From: a virus
Virus record (IMG/VR): IMGVR_UViG_2513237162_000001
Span: 1 to 43,910 of that record
Direction: 5' to 3' (one strand)
DNA: 43,910 nucleotides
This document shows positions 33,018 to 41,032 of this stretch, piece after piece; positions within the stretch are counted from its first letter, which is position 1; every line of letters starts with the position of its first letter. The notes beneath the pieces were generated by a model, which did not search any database, was not told the origin of the DNA, and saw only the letters and a program-made list of their open reading frames with translations. A program made the position numbers and the translations under genes.

Positions 33018-33692
33018 TCAGTTTCTAAGGAGGCGGAGGCCAGCATCGATAGGTTCGGGGCGGTGATCTGTCTCGTCCCACGCGCCTTTTCCTTGGTTGC
33101 ACTCTGCACATAAAACCTGGAGATTCGATCGATCAAGACGAAGATGCCAATGATGGTGAAGCGGCTTGATATGATCGACAACGATCTGGACGCGTGAGCC
33201 GGTCATGTCCAAATGCTTAGGAGTAGCACCGCAGCACATGCAAATCGAACCATGCTCTTTCAGGACTTCCATCCTAAGTTTGCGCCAATCCCAAGATTTA
33301 TAGAATTCGTCCTTTTGGTCTTTGGAGGGGACATATTCCTTTTTCGTCAGGCGCTCCAAAAACTGCTCGTTTTCGGCGTTTAGCCTATCCATTATTTTAT
33401 TCCGGACGGCCCTTTGCGGGGCGCCTCGATATTCCTTCTGCATTTTCCGGCGCTGCTGTCTGCTTATGTTATCGATCAAGACGCTCGCAGCGTTGATCAT
33501 GCCTTCCTGCGTGGGAAAGCGCGCGATCTTGCGCTGGTAAATCGCTTCTAGGAGGTCCCAGAATTCCAGCTCGGTTTTTATCTCTCGGACTTTAACCCCG
33601 GCCGCGTTCAGGTAGCATTCCAGCGATGTGAGGCGTTTTTTGCCTTCGACGCTCAGATTCTTCATGCTGAAACCGTATTTATCTTTAGCCAT
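33018..33692 (-). CDS. HNH endonuclease with an unassigned ~130-aa N-terminal region
   Basis: The C-terminus reads FYKSWDWRKLRMEVLKEHGSICMCCG...IVVDHIKPLHHHW...NLQVLCAECNQGKG. Hand counts over the gene give about 45-55% GC. Confidence 0.8.
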   Translation of the reverse strand: MAKDKYGFSMKNLSVEGKKRLTSLECYLNAAGVKVREIKTELEFWDLLEAIYQRKIARFPTQEGMINAASVLIDNISRQQRRKMQKEYRGAPQRAVRNKIMDRLNAENEQFLERLTKKEYVPSKDQKDEFYKSWDWRKLRMEVLKEHGSICMCCGATPKHLDMTGSRVQIVVDHIKPLHHHWHLRLDRSNLQVLCAECNQGKGAWDETDHRPEPIDAGLRLLRN

Positions 33693-33858
33693 TGTACTTC
33701 TTAACCCTTATCCAACGACTAGGCTCTAAGCAACGAACGTAGTAATCCCTTGCGGTCGGAAAGAGATCCGACCCAAGGAACTACGTGTCTTCATCCACTC
33801 GACTGAGTATCTTAAGTTTCCGACACGTATCCACGGCTCACCATATGACGGTGATTAC

Positions 33859-34182
33859 TTGTCCGCTTCATGCTGGTATTTCTATAGGCCCAAGAAGCCT
33901 GAAATCACTGACCGGGTTACCAGCCCCGTGGTGCATATTGTCAGCCCTTTACCACCGTCATTCCGGTAGACACGATATATTACGGTCCCGCCTAGCACCT
34001 TTACCCACGTCGCAGCGCCAACCGAAACCTAACGGCGCGGGCATCACCGGATAAAATTCTAGGAGGAGATTGAAAAGGTAAGAGCGTTACGTTATAACAG
34101 TCTTACTGGTTCTTCTCGTCAAAGAATTCTCACCAGTCACCGCCCCGGCTCTCGTAAAAGAGCGCGGGGCATTTCTTTGTTG
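33859..34182 (+). ncRNA. Candidate ~290-nt noncoding RNA (promoter-like element to intrinsic terminator)
   Basis: TTGTCC (33859..33864)-N17-CTATAG (33882..33887) is promoter-like. No credible ORF is present. An SD-like AGGAGGAG lies at 34061..34068. The terminator lies at 34142..34182. There is no experimental or covariation support. Confidence 0.3.
34142..34182 (+). terminator. Intrinsic terminator, + strand
   Basis: GCCCCGGCTCT-CGTAAA-AGAGCGCGGGGC forms 11 bp with one bulge. It is followed by ATTTCTTTGTTG. Confidence 0.65.
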
Positions 34183-34215
34183 TACTCTCCTCTCAAAATC
34201 GATTCAAGAAAAATC

Positions 34216-34265
34216 GTCCTCTATAAAGGATGGAGCTTGTGTGTGTCCTCATTAGAGGATATATT
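34216..34265 (+). promoter_or_regulatory. Early + strand promoter with two operators (PL/OL analogue)
   Basis: The promoter is TTGTGT (34237..34242)-N17-TATATT (34260..34265). The operator GTCCTCATTAGAGGAT (34245..34260) fills the spacer. A second operator, GTCCTCTATAAAGGAT, lies at 34216..34231. Confidence 0.6.
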
Positions 34266-34293
34266 AATCTGAGAAAATCAAGAGGAAACGCAG

Positions 34294-34500
34294 ATGGAAT
34301 ATATGGAATCTCAGATGCAGCAGCGGTACGACGCCTACAACGACGCCCTGAAGCATGCGGAGGATCTCGTTGCCGAACTTCTTAATGCCCTCAAACTTGC
34401 TGAGGCGGTCTATCGGAAAAATGTAGTCGCTCCAGGCGAGCCATCATCTGTCCTCGACGCAATGCAAGCTGCGATCTCCAAGGCAGAGGGCAGGTCATGA
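34294..34500 (+). CDS. Hypothetical protein (first early gene)
   Basis: From the ORF track. GAGGAAA lies upstream of the ATG. Confidence 0.6.
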   Translation: MEYMESQMQQRYDAYNDALKHAEDLVAELLNALKLAEAVYRKNVVAPGEPSSVLDAMQAAISKAEGRS

Positions 34501-34778
34501 GCTACTCAAATTTGTCCGATTTCGATCTGGCCTCACTACTCCACGAAACCATGGAGCGCCACGACAGGCTGATCGATAGCGCTCCGATGGGCGACGAGCG
34601 CATCTATTTCGCCAACAAGAAGTGCGACGAAATCAGCGCGGAACAACGACGGAGAGGATACGAGGCCTGCCCTAAGTGCTTCGACTTCGGAGACATCGAA
34701 GATGACGAAACCGGTCACTACTGCGATTGCGTCATGGGTGACCGTCTCAAGGAAAAGAGGAGCCGCCGCCGTGGCTGA
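34497..34778 (+). CDS. Hypothetical protein with Cys cluster
   Basis: From the ORF track. It has CPKC...CDC. Its start overlaps the previous stop. Confidence 0.6.
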   Translation: MSYSNLSDFDLASLLHETMERHDRLIDSAPMGDERIYFANKKCDEISAEQRRRGYEACPKCFDFGDIEDDETGHYCDCVMGDRLKEKRSRRRG

Positions 34779-35085
34779 AACCATCAGCGAGATCCGCAAG
34801 CGGGCATGGAAGACGCGCCGCGAGAAATACGGCTCCCTCGGGCACAACGGCTCTTACACCCGTTCTCCCGGCCCCTGTGCAGCATGTGACCGTATGCGGG
34901 CCGTCCTCGTCCGTCTTCATGTCGAAGGCGTACTAAGCGAAGGGCAAGTTGCAAAGGCGACGGGGATGTACCGCGTCGATGTCCGCAAGGCCGCTGATGA
35001 ATACGGCGAAACGCTTCCAGAAGAGCAGTCGCTACGTGAGGCTATCGGTCTCGGCATCGGTGGCCGAGGCGTTGCTGAATACTAG
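34771..35085 (+). CDS. Hypothetical protein
   Basis: GTG 34771 lies in frame in ORF 34702..35085 and overlaps the previous stop. Confidence 0.5.
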   Translation: MAETISEIRKRAWKTRREKYGSLGHNGSYTRSPGPCAACDRMRAVLVRLHVEGVLSEGQVAKATGMYRVDVRKAADEYGETLPEEQSLREAIGLGIGGRGVAEY

Positions 35086-35100
35086 TCTCGGAATAGATTT

Positions 35101-35152
35101 ATCCTCGATAGCGGATATTTCCATTGACAGTATCCTCTAAAGCGGATAGAAG
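35101..35152 (+). promoter_or_regulatory. Second repressor-controlled + strand promoter inside the early region
   Basis: The promoter is TTGACA (35124..35129)-N17-TAGAAG (35147..35152). The operator ATCCTCTAAAGCGGAT (35132..35147) sits in the spacer. A second operator, ATCCTCGATAGCGGAT (35101..35116), lies upstream. This is the same architecture as at 34216..34265. Confidence 0.5.
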
Positions 35153-35338
35153 AGAGTGGCAAGCAACGAACCGAGACGAACATCTCCAACACGGAGGGCG
35201 TCATGTAGATCGCAGCACGGGGCGTGCGTCCGTCGGGACAAACCTACGAGCTGGCCGGGCAGATAGAACCCCGGAGTAGATAGTTGGACTTTTAGATCGG
35301 TGTTCCTGAGCAAGAACGGAAAAGGCTCATCAGATTTC

Positions 35339-35389
35339 ACCCAGACCGCCACTGCGGATCATCTGGAAACCGGGGATGAGGACGAAATG
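35339..35389 (+). repeat. Copy A of a ~50-nt leader element ending at a start codon
   Basis: ACCCAGACCGCCACTGCGGATCATCTGGAAACCGGGGATGAGGACGAAATG. The 22-nt core CTGCGGATCATCTGGAAACCGG is identical to 36738..36759. Confidence 0.75.
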
Positions 35390-35689
35390 GACCACGGCAT
35401 TCTGAATACTTCCCTGAAGTCTCGCGGCAACATCGACAACCAAATCGATGCCTACAAGTCGCAGGTAGCGGCAGCGAAGAAAGCTAAGGCAAAGGCAGAC
35501 CGGGCTTCCTTCGTTGCCAACCAGAAAGCCGCCAAGGCTCTCCTCGCATCAGTTTCTGATGAACGCATGTCCGCTCTTGCTGAGCGCGTAAAGCAACCGG
35601 TTGCAGCGCTCCGCAAGCGCCTTGCTTCCGAGAGCCACTGGAACCCCACCATGATCATCAAACTGTTCTCCGCCTCGGAGGCTGCGTGA
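35387..35689 (+). CDS. Hypothetical coiled-coil protein
   Basis: ATG 35387 is in frame in ORF 35300..35689. It sits at the same offset from the repeat as the gene at 36770. Confidence 0.55.
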   Translation: MDHGILNTSLKSRGNIDNQIDAYKSQVAAAKKAKAKADRASFVANQKAAKALLASVSDERMSALAERVKQPVAALRKRLASESHWNPTMIIKLFSASEAA

Positions 35690-36162
35690 TGCGCCCGTTT
35701 CAATTCCTCAACGGCCCTTGGGAAAACTCGCAACTCCCGACAATCGTCCAAGACGATCCGAATGGGGGTGACCCTCACATTCTGGCGGTCCTCAAGCGGG
35801 TTCATAACCCTGACGCCCTCTACGAGCTTTGCCGTCTCGCAAACGAGGCGATCGAAAAATCCGGGGCCATTCAAGCAGATCGAACAACGCAGACGACGAC
35901 GAGGAAGACGGCAATGGCAATCATCAAAAGATACGACGAGCATCCAGACGGCGGCGGAATGCGTGAAGATGTTCTTGGCGCCTATGTCAAGTTTGATGAC
36001 GTCAAGGATCTCCTGCAGGCGGACGCTCCCTGCGGAATTGCTGACCCCTCCTCGCGCGATTGCCCGAACATGAAGGAAGTCGGCGGCGGCATGGATGGCG
36101 AGCGCTATCGCTGCGCCGTCTGCGGCAAAGGCTACTACCTTGATTACGAGGAGATGAAGTGA
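35686..36162 (+). CDS. Hypothetical protein
   Basis: From the ORF track. The C-terminus has CxxC (CAVCGKGYY). Confidence 0.6.
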   Translation: MMRPFQFLNGPWENSQLPTIVQDDPNGGDPHILAVLKRVHNPDALYELCRLANEAIEKSGAIQADRTTQTTTRKTAMAIIKRYDEHPDGGGMREDVLGAYVKFDDVKDLLQADAPCGIADPSSRDCPNMKEVGGGMDGERYRCAVCGKGYYLDYEEMK

Positions 36163-36284
36163 TGTCCGCCCCCTCTCACATGATCTGCATTCTCCACACC
36201 GATGGCAGCTCCCGCGAAGAGCTTGAGGCGGCTTTGTCCGAACTCGCTGCTGACGCCGCCCGACCACACCAGCGCAACGGATGA
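36162..36284 (+). CDS. Small ORF (40 aa), not in the track
   Basis: Hand translation gives MSAPSHMICILHTDGSSREELEAALSELAADAARPHQRNG. It fills the gap between neighbours, and its ATG overlaps the previous TGA by 1 nt. Confidence 0.3.
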   Translation: MSAPSHMICILHTDGSSREELEAALSELAADAARPHQRNG

Positions 36285-36288
36285 GACG

Positions 36289-36705
36289 ATGACGGACATT
36301 TCAAACGCGGCTTACATCATTCAGGTTTCCGTCTGCGAAGCGGCTGGACTGATCCAGCATGCCGTCACGGCCCCTCACGTCCTGATGCGCCCCCGTATTT
36401 TCCCAGACGGAGACATGTGGTGCGCCCTGCTCGGAGAAGATCTCCAGATCGGAATTAGCGGTTTCGGCAAGACGCCACAGGAAGCATGCGCGGACTTCGA
36501 CGAGGCTTGGCGCAATGGGCGGATACCAGTCGCGATGGTCGCAGCCCGAAAGGGAAATGCAGACCTTCTGTCGGTTCTCATGGAATGTGAAGACTACTTC
36601 GACAACCGCGCCGACGCTGATTGCGATCAAGACGGGTTCATTCCGAACGAAGAAATGAAGCTCCTGAGCGAAGTCCGTGAGGCCATCGCCAAGGCAACCA
36701 CCTGA
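36289..36705 (+). CDS. Hypothetical protein
   Basis: ATG 36289 lies in ORF 36202..36705. The upstream GGATGAGACGATG resembles the 3' end of the leader repeat. Confidence 0.55.
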   Translation: MTDISNAAYIIQVSVCEAAGLIQHAVTAPHVLMRPRIFPDGDMWCALLGEDLQIGISGFGKTPQEACADFDEAWRNGRIPVAMVAARKGNADLLSVLMECEDYFDNRADADCDQDGFIPNEEMKLLSEVREAIAKATT

Positions 36706-36722
36706 CCAACAGCAAGCAACCA

Positions 36723-36772
36723 ACCCAGACCCCGCCGCTGCGGATCATCTGGAAACCGGAGATGAGACGATG
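36723..36772 (+). repeat. Copy B of the ~50-nt leader element
   Basis: ACCCAGACCCCGCCGCTGCGGATCATCTGGAAACCGGAGATGAGACGATG. Confidence 0.75.
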
Positions 36773-37096
36773 AGCAAACTGCCACCAGCAACACTCAGAA
36801 CGCTTCGGGCGCTGTGGGACCAGAATGACATGCGGGTTCGGGAAAATGATTTCCGCAAACTCACCGGCGTCAAGTCTCGGGCCTACTACCCGTTCTCTCG
36901 CCGTCTTCAGGCCGACAATCTGACTGTGGTCGACTTCACGCTTAGCGGCGGCACAACCATAGCTCTGACGTTCAAAGGCATGCTTGCCCTCAGGGAACAC
37001 TACACGAAGCTCTACAACGACCGCCCCTGCGAAGCCCACCGACTGGAGATGGAGAAGTTCTCCCGCGTTCCGGACCGTACAGGAGCCGCAGCATGA
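36770..37096 (+). CDS. Hypothetical protein (possible winged-helix)
   Basis: ATG 36770 lies in ORF 36677..37096. Confidence 0.55.
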   Translation: MSKLPPATLRTLRALWDQNDMRVRENDFRKLTGVKSRAYYPFSRRLQADNLTVVDFTLSGGTTIALTFKGMLALREHYTKLYNDRPCEAHRLEMEKFSRVPDRTGAAA

Positions 37097-37308
37097 CGTA
37101 CGGCGTCTTCCGGAGCAGCAATAAATTCTACTCGTCGCGCCCTCCGGCGAACTGTGTATCGGCCAGACAGGCTTGGGACATTCTCATTCAGGACGGGCCG
37201 ATCGTCAGCATGCGTCTGCTGGACGGACTTTGGATGTGCGAGCGCCCGAATGGTGACCTCGACGATGTCGAAAACACATTCGAACTCCAGCGCCGGAAAG
37301 ACGCCTGA
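37093..37308 (+). CDS. Hypothetical protein
   Basis: From the ORF track. Its start overlaps the previous stop. Confidence 0.55.
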   Translation: MTYGVFRSSNKFYSSRPPANCVSARQAWDILIQDGPIVSMRLLDGLWMCERPNGDLDDVENTFELQRRKDA

Positions 37309-37371
37309 CCTCCGCCATGGTCCTCCGGGGCCATTCAAAGCAGATCACACCAACTCAGACGACGGGACGGG

Positions 37372-37977
37372 ATGAAGATGGCAAGCATTCAAACTAAATT
37401 CGCAATTGGTGACGTGGTCTACCACGCATCAACTTGCCCGACGACGAAGCAGCATCCTTGCCCTGACTGCAAGGGAGAGCGGAAATGGAAAGCTGTATCT
37501 CCGGCCGGCGCTGAATATGAATTCGCTTGCCCGCGCTGCTCGACAACCTTCCAGAGCAATAGCGACCTGTCTCTTCGGTATCAGGCTTTCGCGCCTGCTG
37601 TTGCCAAACTGACCATCGGTAGCATCCGGGTCGATACAGCTGATGAGCGCGGCCACTCATACATGTGCGTCGAGACGGGCGTCGGTAGCGGTTCGATCTA
37701 CTACGAGAAGGATATGTTCTCCACCCATGAGGAAGCCATGACCGTGGCAGCCCTCAAGGCGGCAGAGCATGACAAGGGCATCGAGTGGGTCGCCAAGCTC
37801 TACGACAAGACCCTGTCTCTGTCGGACTACGAGATGAACAGCGCCGAACGCGAGGCAAACAAGGCTGCTCACTCCGAAGCAATGACCAAGATACGGCATT
37901 TCTTCGACGATTTGGAGTGGTCCGATGACGTTGGATCGATGCGCGATGTAGTCACGAAATTCCGGGAAGCAGCGTAG
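37372..37977 (+). CDS. Hypothetical protein with zinc-ribbon-like CPDC...CPRC
   Basis: From the ORF track. Confidence 0.6.
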   Translation: MKMASIQTKFAIGDVVYHASTCPTTKQHPCPDCKGERKWKAVSPAGAEYEFACPRCSTTFQSNSDLSLRYQAFAPAVAKLTIGSIRVDTADERGHSYMCVETGVGSGSIYYEKDMFSTHEEAMTVAALKAAEHDKGIEWVAKLYDKTLSLSDYEMNSAEREANKAAHSEAMTKIRHFFDDLEWSDDVGSMRDVVTKFREAA

Positions 37978-38021
37978 CCCCCACCCCCTCTAAACGGGTG
38001 TCGAGATCAAGGAAGACGGCA

Positions 38022-38291
38022 ATGATCATCCAACTTTTCAACGTTCAGGACGCCTCGCACGGCACGGCGCTTTATCTAGACCGTGAATGCGAGTGGACGA
38101 CTGATGCGGAAGCCGCCTTCTCCTACGATTGCGAGGAAGACGCGAACGCTGATGCCGACAAGCACGGCGGCGAGGTTTGCAAGTTCGAATGCTGGCGCCC
38201 TGATCGGGGTGGTTACAGCGAGGTAGCTCGGCTTGAGCATGTCTTCGCTTCGGTGATCGTGCGTGGGGCCACCCTTCAAGCAGCAGAATAG
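38022..38291 (+). CDS. Hypothetical protein
   Basis: ATG 38022 is preceded by GGAAGA. The track start is GTG 37998. Confidence 0.5.
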   Translation: MIIQLFNVQDASHGTALYLDRECEWTTDAEAAFSYDCEEDANADADKHGGEVCKFECWRPDRGGYSEVARLEHVFASVIVRGATLQAAE

Positions 38292-38296
38292 AGGGA

Positions 38297-38563
38297 ATGA
38301 CGATGACGGACATCAAAGCACTCGAACATGCTCAGGCTTTCCTCGAAAAGGACGGTGGACCGATCCATCCAACCAGCATCCAGTTTGGGGATGGTTCTGA
38401 AATGTCGTCTAACGGCATGAGCCTTCGCGATTGGTTCTCCGGTCAAGTTCTCAGCGGGTTCATGTCGGCGAAGGCTATGCACTTCAACCCGGACGATGAC
38501 GCAGCTTATTGCTACCGCGTTGCTGACGCGATGCTCGCCGCCCGAAAGGCAGGTGCAGCATGA
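38297..38563 (+). CDS. Hypothetical protein
   Basis: From the ORF track. Confidence 0.6.
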   Translation: MTMTDIKALEHAQAFLEKDGGPIHPTSIQFGDGSEMSSNGMSLRDWFSGQVLSGFMSAKAMHFNPDDDAAYCYRVADAMLAARKAGAA

Positions 38564-38784
38564 CCACGACCCGCCACCACAAGTCCGAACGTCTCGCCGC
38601 CCAGCACCAAGCCAGCGCCGCCGAAGAGGCAGGCAGTGTCCGCTATGGACTGACGCGTCATCCGGCGATTGTCGTCGCCATCGCGGATCGCACGATCGAA
38701 CATCAAACATGGGCGGAGAAATACGCCGCCTATGGGCGGGAGCAGCTCGGCATTTCTGACACTGAGGATCAGCTCTATGCGTGA
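38560..38784 (+). CDS. Hypothetical protein
   Basis: From the ORF track, with start/stop overlaps. Confidence 0.55.
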   Translation: MTTTRHHKSERLAAQHQASAAEEAGSVRYGLTRHPAIVVAIADRTIEHQTWAEKYAAYGREQLGISDTEDQLYA

Positions 38785-39223
38785 TCATGAGGTGATCGTG
38801 ACCGACGATATGGTTGAAGCGTACCAGCACGCTAAAACCTTGGCTAAGGCCAACATCCAAGGGTTCTTCTTCGATGGTCGTCATTTCATCCGGGATATTC
38901 GGAAGAAGCCGGCAGAGCAATTTCTATGGGAAATCAACGACATTGAATATGACGTCGGTCATGCGGCTCTCATAGCCGAAGTTGAACGCTGCATCGCAGT
39001 CGAGGCTATCGCCGCCGCTATTTCCCACGCCTATCCAGTCGAGGAACGTAACCGGCTGCGGGAAGAGAACGAGAGGCTGAGAGCGCGCGGCCAATCTTTC
39101 GCGAACCAAGTCCGACACATCCTCTATCGCCTCCCTGGGCAGGAATTCGCGACAACGGTTTCTGAACTGAGCGCCTTCGACGCCGCCCTCTCCCAACCAA
39201 CTGCCGAAGGGAGAGAGCTATGA
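38777..39223 (+). CDS. Hypothetical protein
   Basis: ATG 38777 lies in ORF 38669..39223 and overlaps the previous stop. Confidence 0.55.
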   Translation: MRDHEVIVTDDMVEAYQHAKTLAKANIQGFFFDGRHFIRDIRKKPAEQFLWEINDIEYDVGHAALIAEVERCIAVEAIAAAISHAYPVEERNRLREENERLRARGQSFANQVRHILYRLPGQEFATTVSELSAFDAALSQPTAEGREL

Positions 39224-39429
39224 GACATCCATCCGAATACTCCACCGAACCCTTCGGGTCGATGCGCGTCATGGAAGTCGATGCTGGCACTGTCGTCAAG
39301 GACGAGCGGACTGGCGAAGAGATAACCGTCACTGACGATACGGTAGCAGTCAAAGGCCGCGTCATGTTCTGCACGAAGAAGGTTTTCGACCAGCTCAAGC
39401 GGGAGGTTCCTACCTATGGGAATGCTTGA
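39220..39429 (+). CDS. Hypothetical protein
   Basis: From the ORF track. Confidence 0.55.
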   Translation: MRHPSEYSTEPFGSMRVMEVDAGTVVKDERTGEEITVTDDTVAVKGRVMFCTKKVFDQLKREVPTYGNA

Positions 39430-39655
39430 CACCTGCGGATTTCGCCAAGCTCGTGAATGCGGTTGCCCCGCTGAAGCATGCGCTGCTCAGCCCGCCACGC
39501 CTGCTCCGGTCGTCCTCATCTCACTCAAGACCCAGGCGATTGTCTGCCTGTTTCTCGGTTTCGTGATGACCATAGGCTCCGCCGCTTGGATGGAGAGCCA
39601 ATACAGAACCGACGATCGGACCAATCAGGAGGTAACGCGCCATGAGCCCCGCTGA
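39416..39655 (+). CDS. Hypothetical membrane protein
   Basis: From the ORF track. The TM helix is AIVCLFLGFVMTIGSAAW. Confidence 0.5.
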   Translation: MGMLDTCGFRQARECGCPAEACAAQPATPAPVVLISLKTQAIVCLFLGFVMTIGSAAWMESQYRTDDRTNQEVTRHEPR

Positions 39656-39845
39656 ATACAGAGCATACGCCGACACGGCGTTCGAAGACGCTCAGGAGTA
39701 CCGAGACATGGCGGAGATCGCCACGGACCCGGCAAAGCGAGCTCGCTACCTGAAGTGGGCCGACAACCGGGAATCGGATGGTTGCTTTTACCTCGATCGC
39801 GCGGTGATGGCAGAACAACACGAGGATGAACGTCATGTCGCTTGA
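39642..39845 (+). CDS. Hypothetical protein
   Basis: From the ORF track. Confidence 0.5.
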   Translation: MSPAEYRAYADTAFEDAQEYRDMAEIATDPAKRARYLKWADNRESDGCFYLDRAVMAEQHEDERHVA

Positions 39846-40608
39846 CCCGAGAATCGAAGCCATTCGCAAGGAATACGGCCTTGACAAGGACGACTTCTGG
39901 CAGATCCCACAGAACAAGCAGTGGGTCGCCAAGCATGCGGCGCTCGAAGTCGTCGCCACGAAGGCTGGCGTACAGTTCTCAATGCCAACCATCATCGAGG
40001 CAGACACCGACAAGGGTATAGCCGTGCTCGCTGTGTCCGGGACGCTCGGAAACCGCTCCGATTGGTCAACCGGTGAAGCCAGCTCGAAGAACTGCAAGAA
40101 CGCATATCCATGGGCCATGGCCGAGAAAAGGGCCAAAGACCGGCTCGTCCTGAAGCTCGTCGGCATTCATGGCCTCGTCTATTCCGAAGAGGAAGCCGAC
40201 GACTTCGCCCGCCCCACCACGAAATCATCTGCACAGCTCAAGCGAGACGGATCGTGGGAAAAGATCATGGCCGATCTTGAGGCCGATCTTGTTGATGTGA
40301 ACAGCGGCGCCGCTCTCGACAATCTGCGCAAAAGTTATCTGGACCAGGCGGAACGTGATGGGTGGACGATGGCGTGGCGCGCTGCGCTGCTCGATCGCCT
40401 TGAAGGCTGTGAGGCCGATATCCGCCGCGAAAACCTCTGGGCCGAGATGACCAGAATTTCGACGCTCGGCGGATTGCAAAGCTTCTGGGAAGACAACTTT
40501 CCGACGATCAAGGGGCTGGGCTCCAAAGCCGCTGCCGACTTCACCAAGAAGAAGGACGAGATGAAGAACACTCTCCTCGCCCGCACCTCAAATTTGGCTG
40601 CAGGGTGA
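39835..40608 (+). CDS. Single-strand annealing protein-like (Rad52/Erf/Sak-type, tentative)
   Basis: ATG 39835 lies 9 nt after GAGG. The motif NAYPWAMAEKRAKDRLVLKLVGIHGLVYSEEEADD resembles the Erf/Sak core. It is adjacent to the NinB-like gene. Confidence 0.4.
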   Translation: MSLDPRIEAIRKEYGLDKDDFWQIPQNKQWVAKHAALEVVATKAGVQFSMPTIIEADTDKGIAVLAVSGTLGNRSDWSTGEASSKNCKNAYPWAMAEKRAKDRLVLKLVGIHGLVYSEEEADDFARPTTKSSAQLKRDGSWEKIMADLEADLVDVNSGAALDNLRKSYLDQAERDGWTMAWRAALLDRLEGCEADIRRENLWAEMTRISTLGGLQSFWEDNFPTIKGLGSKAAADFTKKKDEMKNTLLARTSNLAAG

Positions 40609-40612
40609 CGTC

Positions 40613-41032
40613 ATGGCGAAGAGAGCAGAGAAGCCAGTCTACGCCTTCATCCGCAAGGGAAACGCACTCATCCCCGAGATGGCGTACGACCTTCAGGCGC
40701 TCGACGGCGTAGCCCACGGACAGCGCGTCCGTGTCGACGTGAAGCAGTGGCGGAACCTCGACAGGCTCAGAGCATATTGGGCCACCCTACAGGACTGCAT
40801 CGACGCCACAGGCTGCGCTGTCAGCAAGGAAGCTCTCGATGCCTATATCCGCCCCGCCGTCAACTTCGTCGACACCATACGGCTTGCGAATGGTCACCTT
40901 GTCGGCATCCCGCGCGCGATCAACACCCGCGAGTGCGATGAGCCCGAGATGATCGCGTTCTTCCTCGCGGTCGAGGAGTTGCTTGCCAAGGACTTCGGAT
41001 TTGTCATCGAGAAGAAGGAGAAGGCGGCATGA
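40613..41032 (+). CDS. NinB/Orf-like recombination mediator (tentative)
   Basis: WRNLDRLRAYWATLQDCI resembles lambda NinB RNRSLDQNRKLWACLGDV. At 139 aa it is similar in size to lambda NinB (146 aa). Confidence 0.5.
   Translation: MAKRAEKPVYAFIRKGNALIPEMAYDLQALDGVAHGQRVRVDVKQWRNLDRLRAYWATLQDCIDATGCAVSKEALDAYIRPAVNFVDTIRLANGHLVGIPRAINTRECDEPEMIAFFLAVEELLAKDFGFVIEKKEKAA

Noticed and set aside
33785-34054. An 89-aa + strand ORF in the ORF-free part of the island.
   Set aside because: Its start is GTG rather than ATG. Its composition is Ser/Leu/His/Pro/Arg-rich. It overlaps predicted hairpins, and I treat the region as noncoding.
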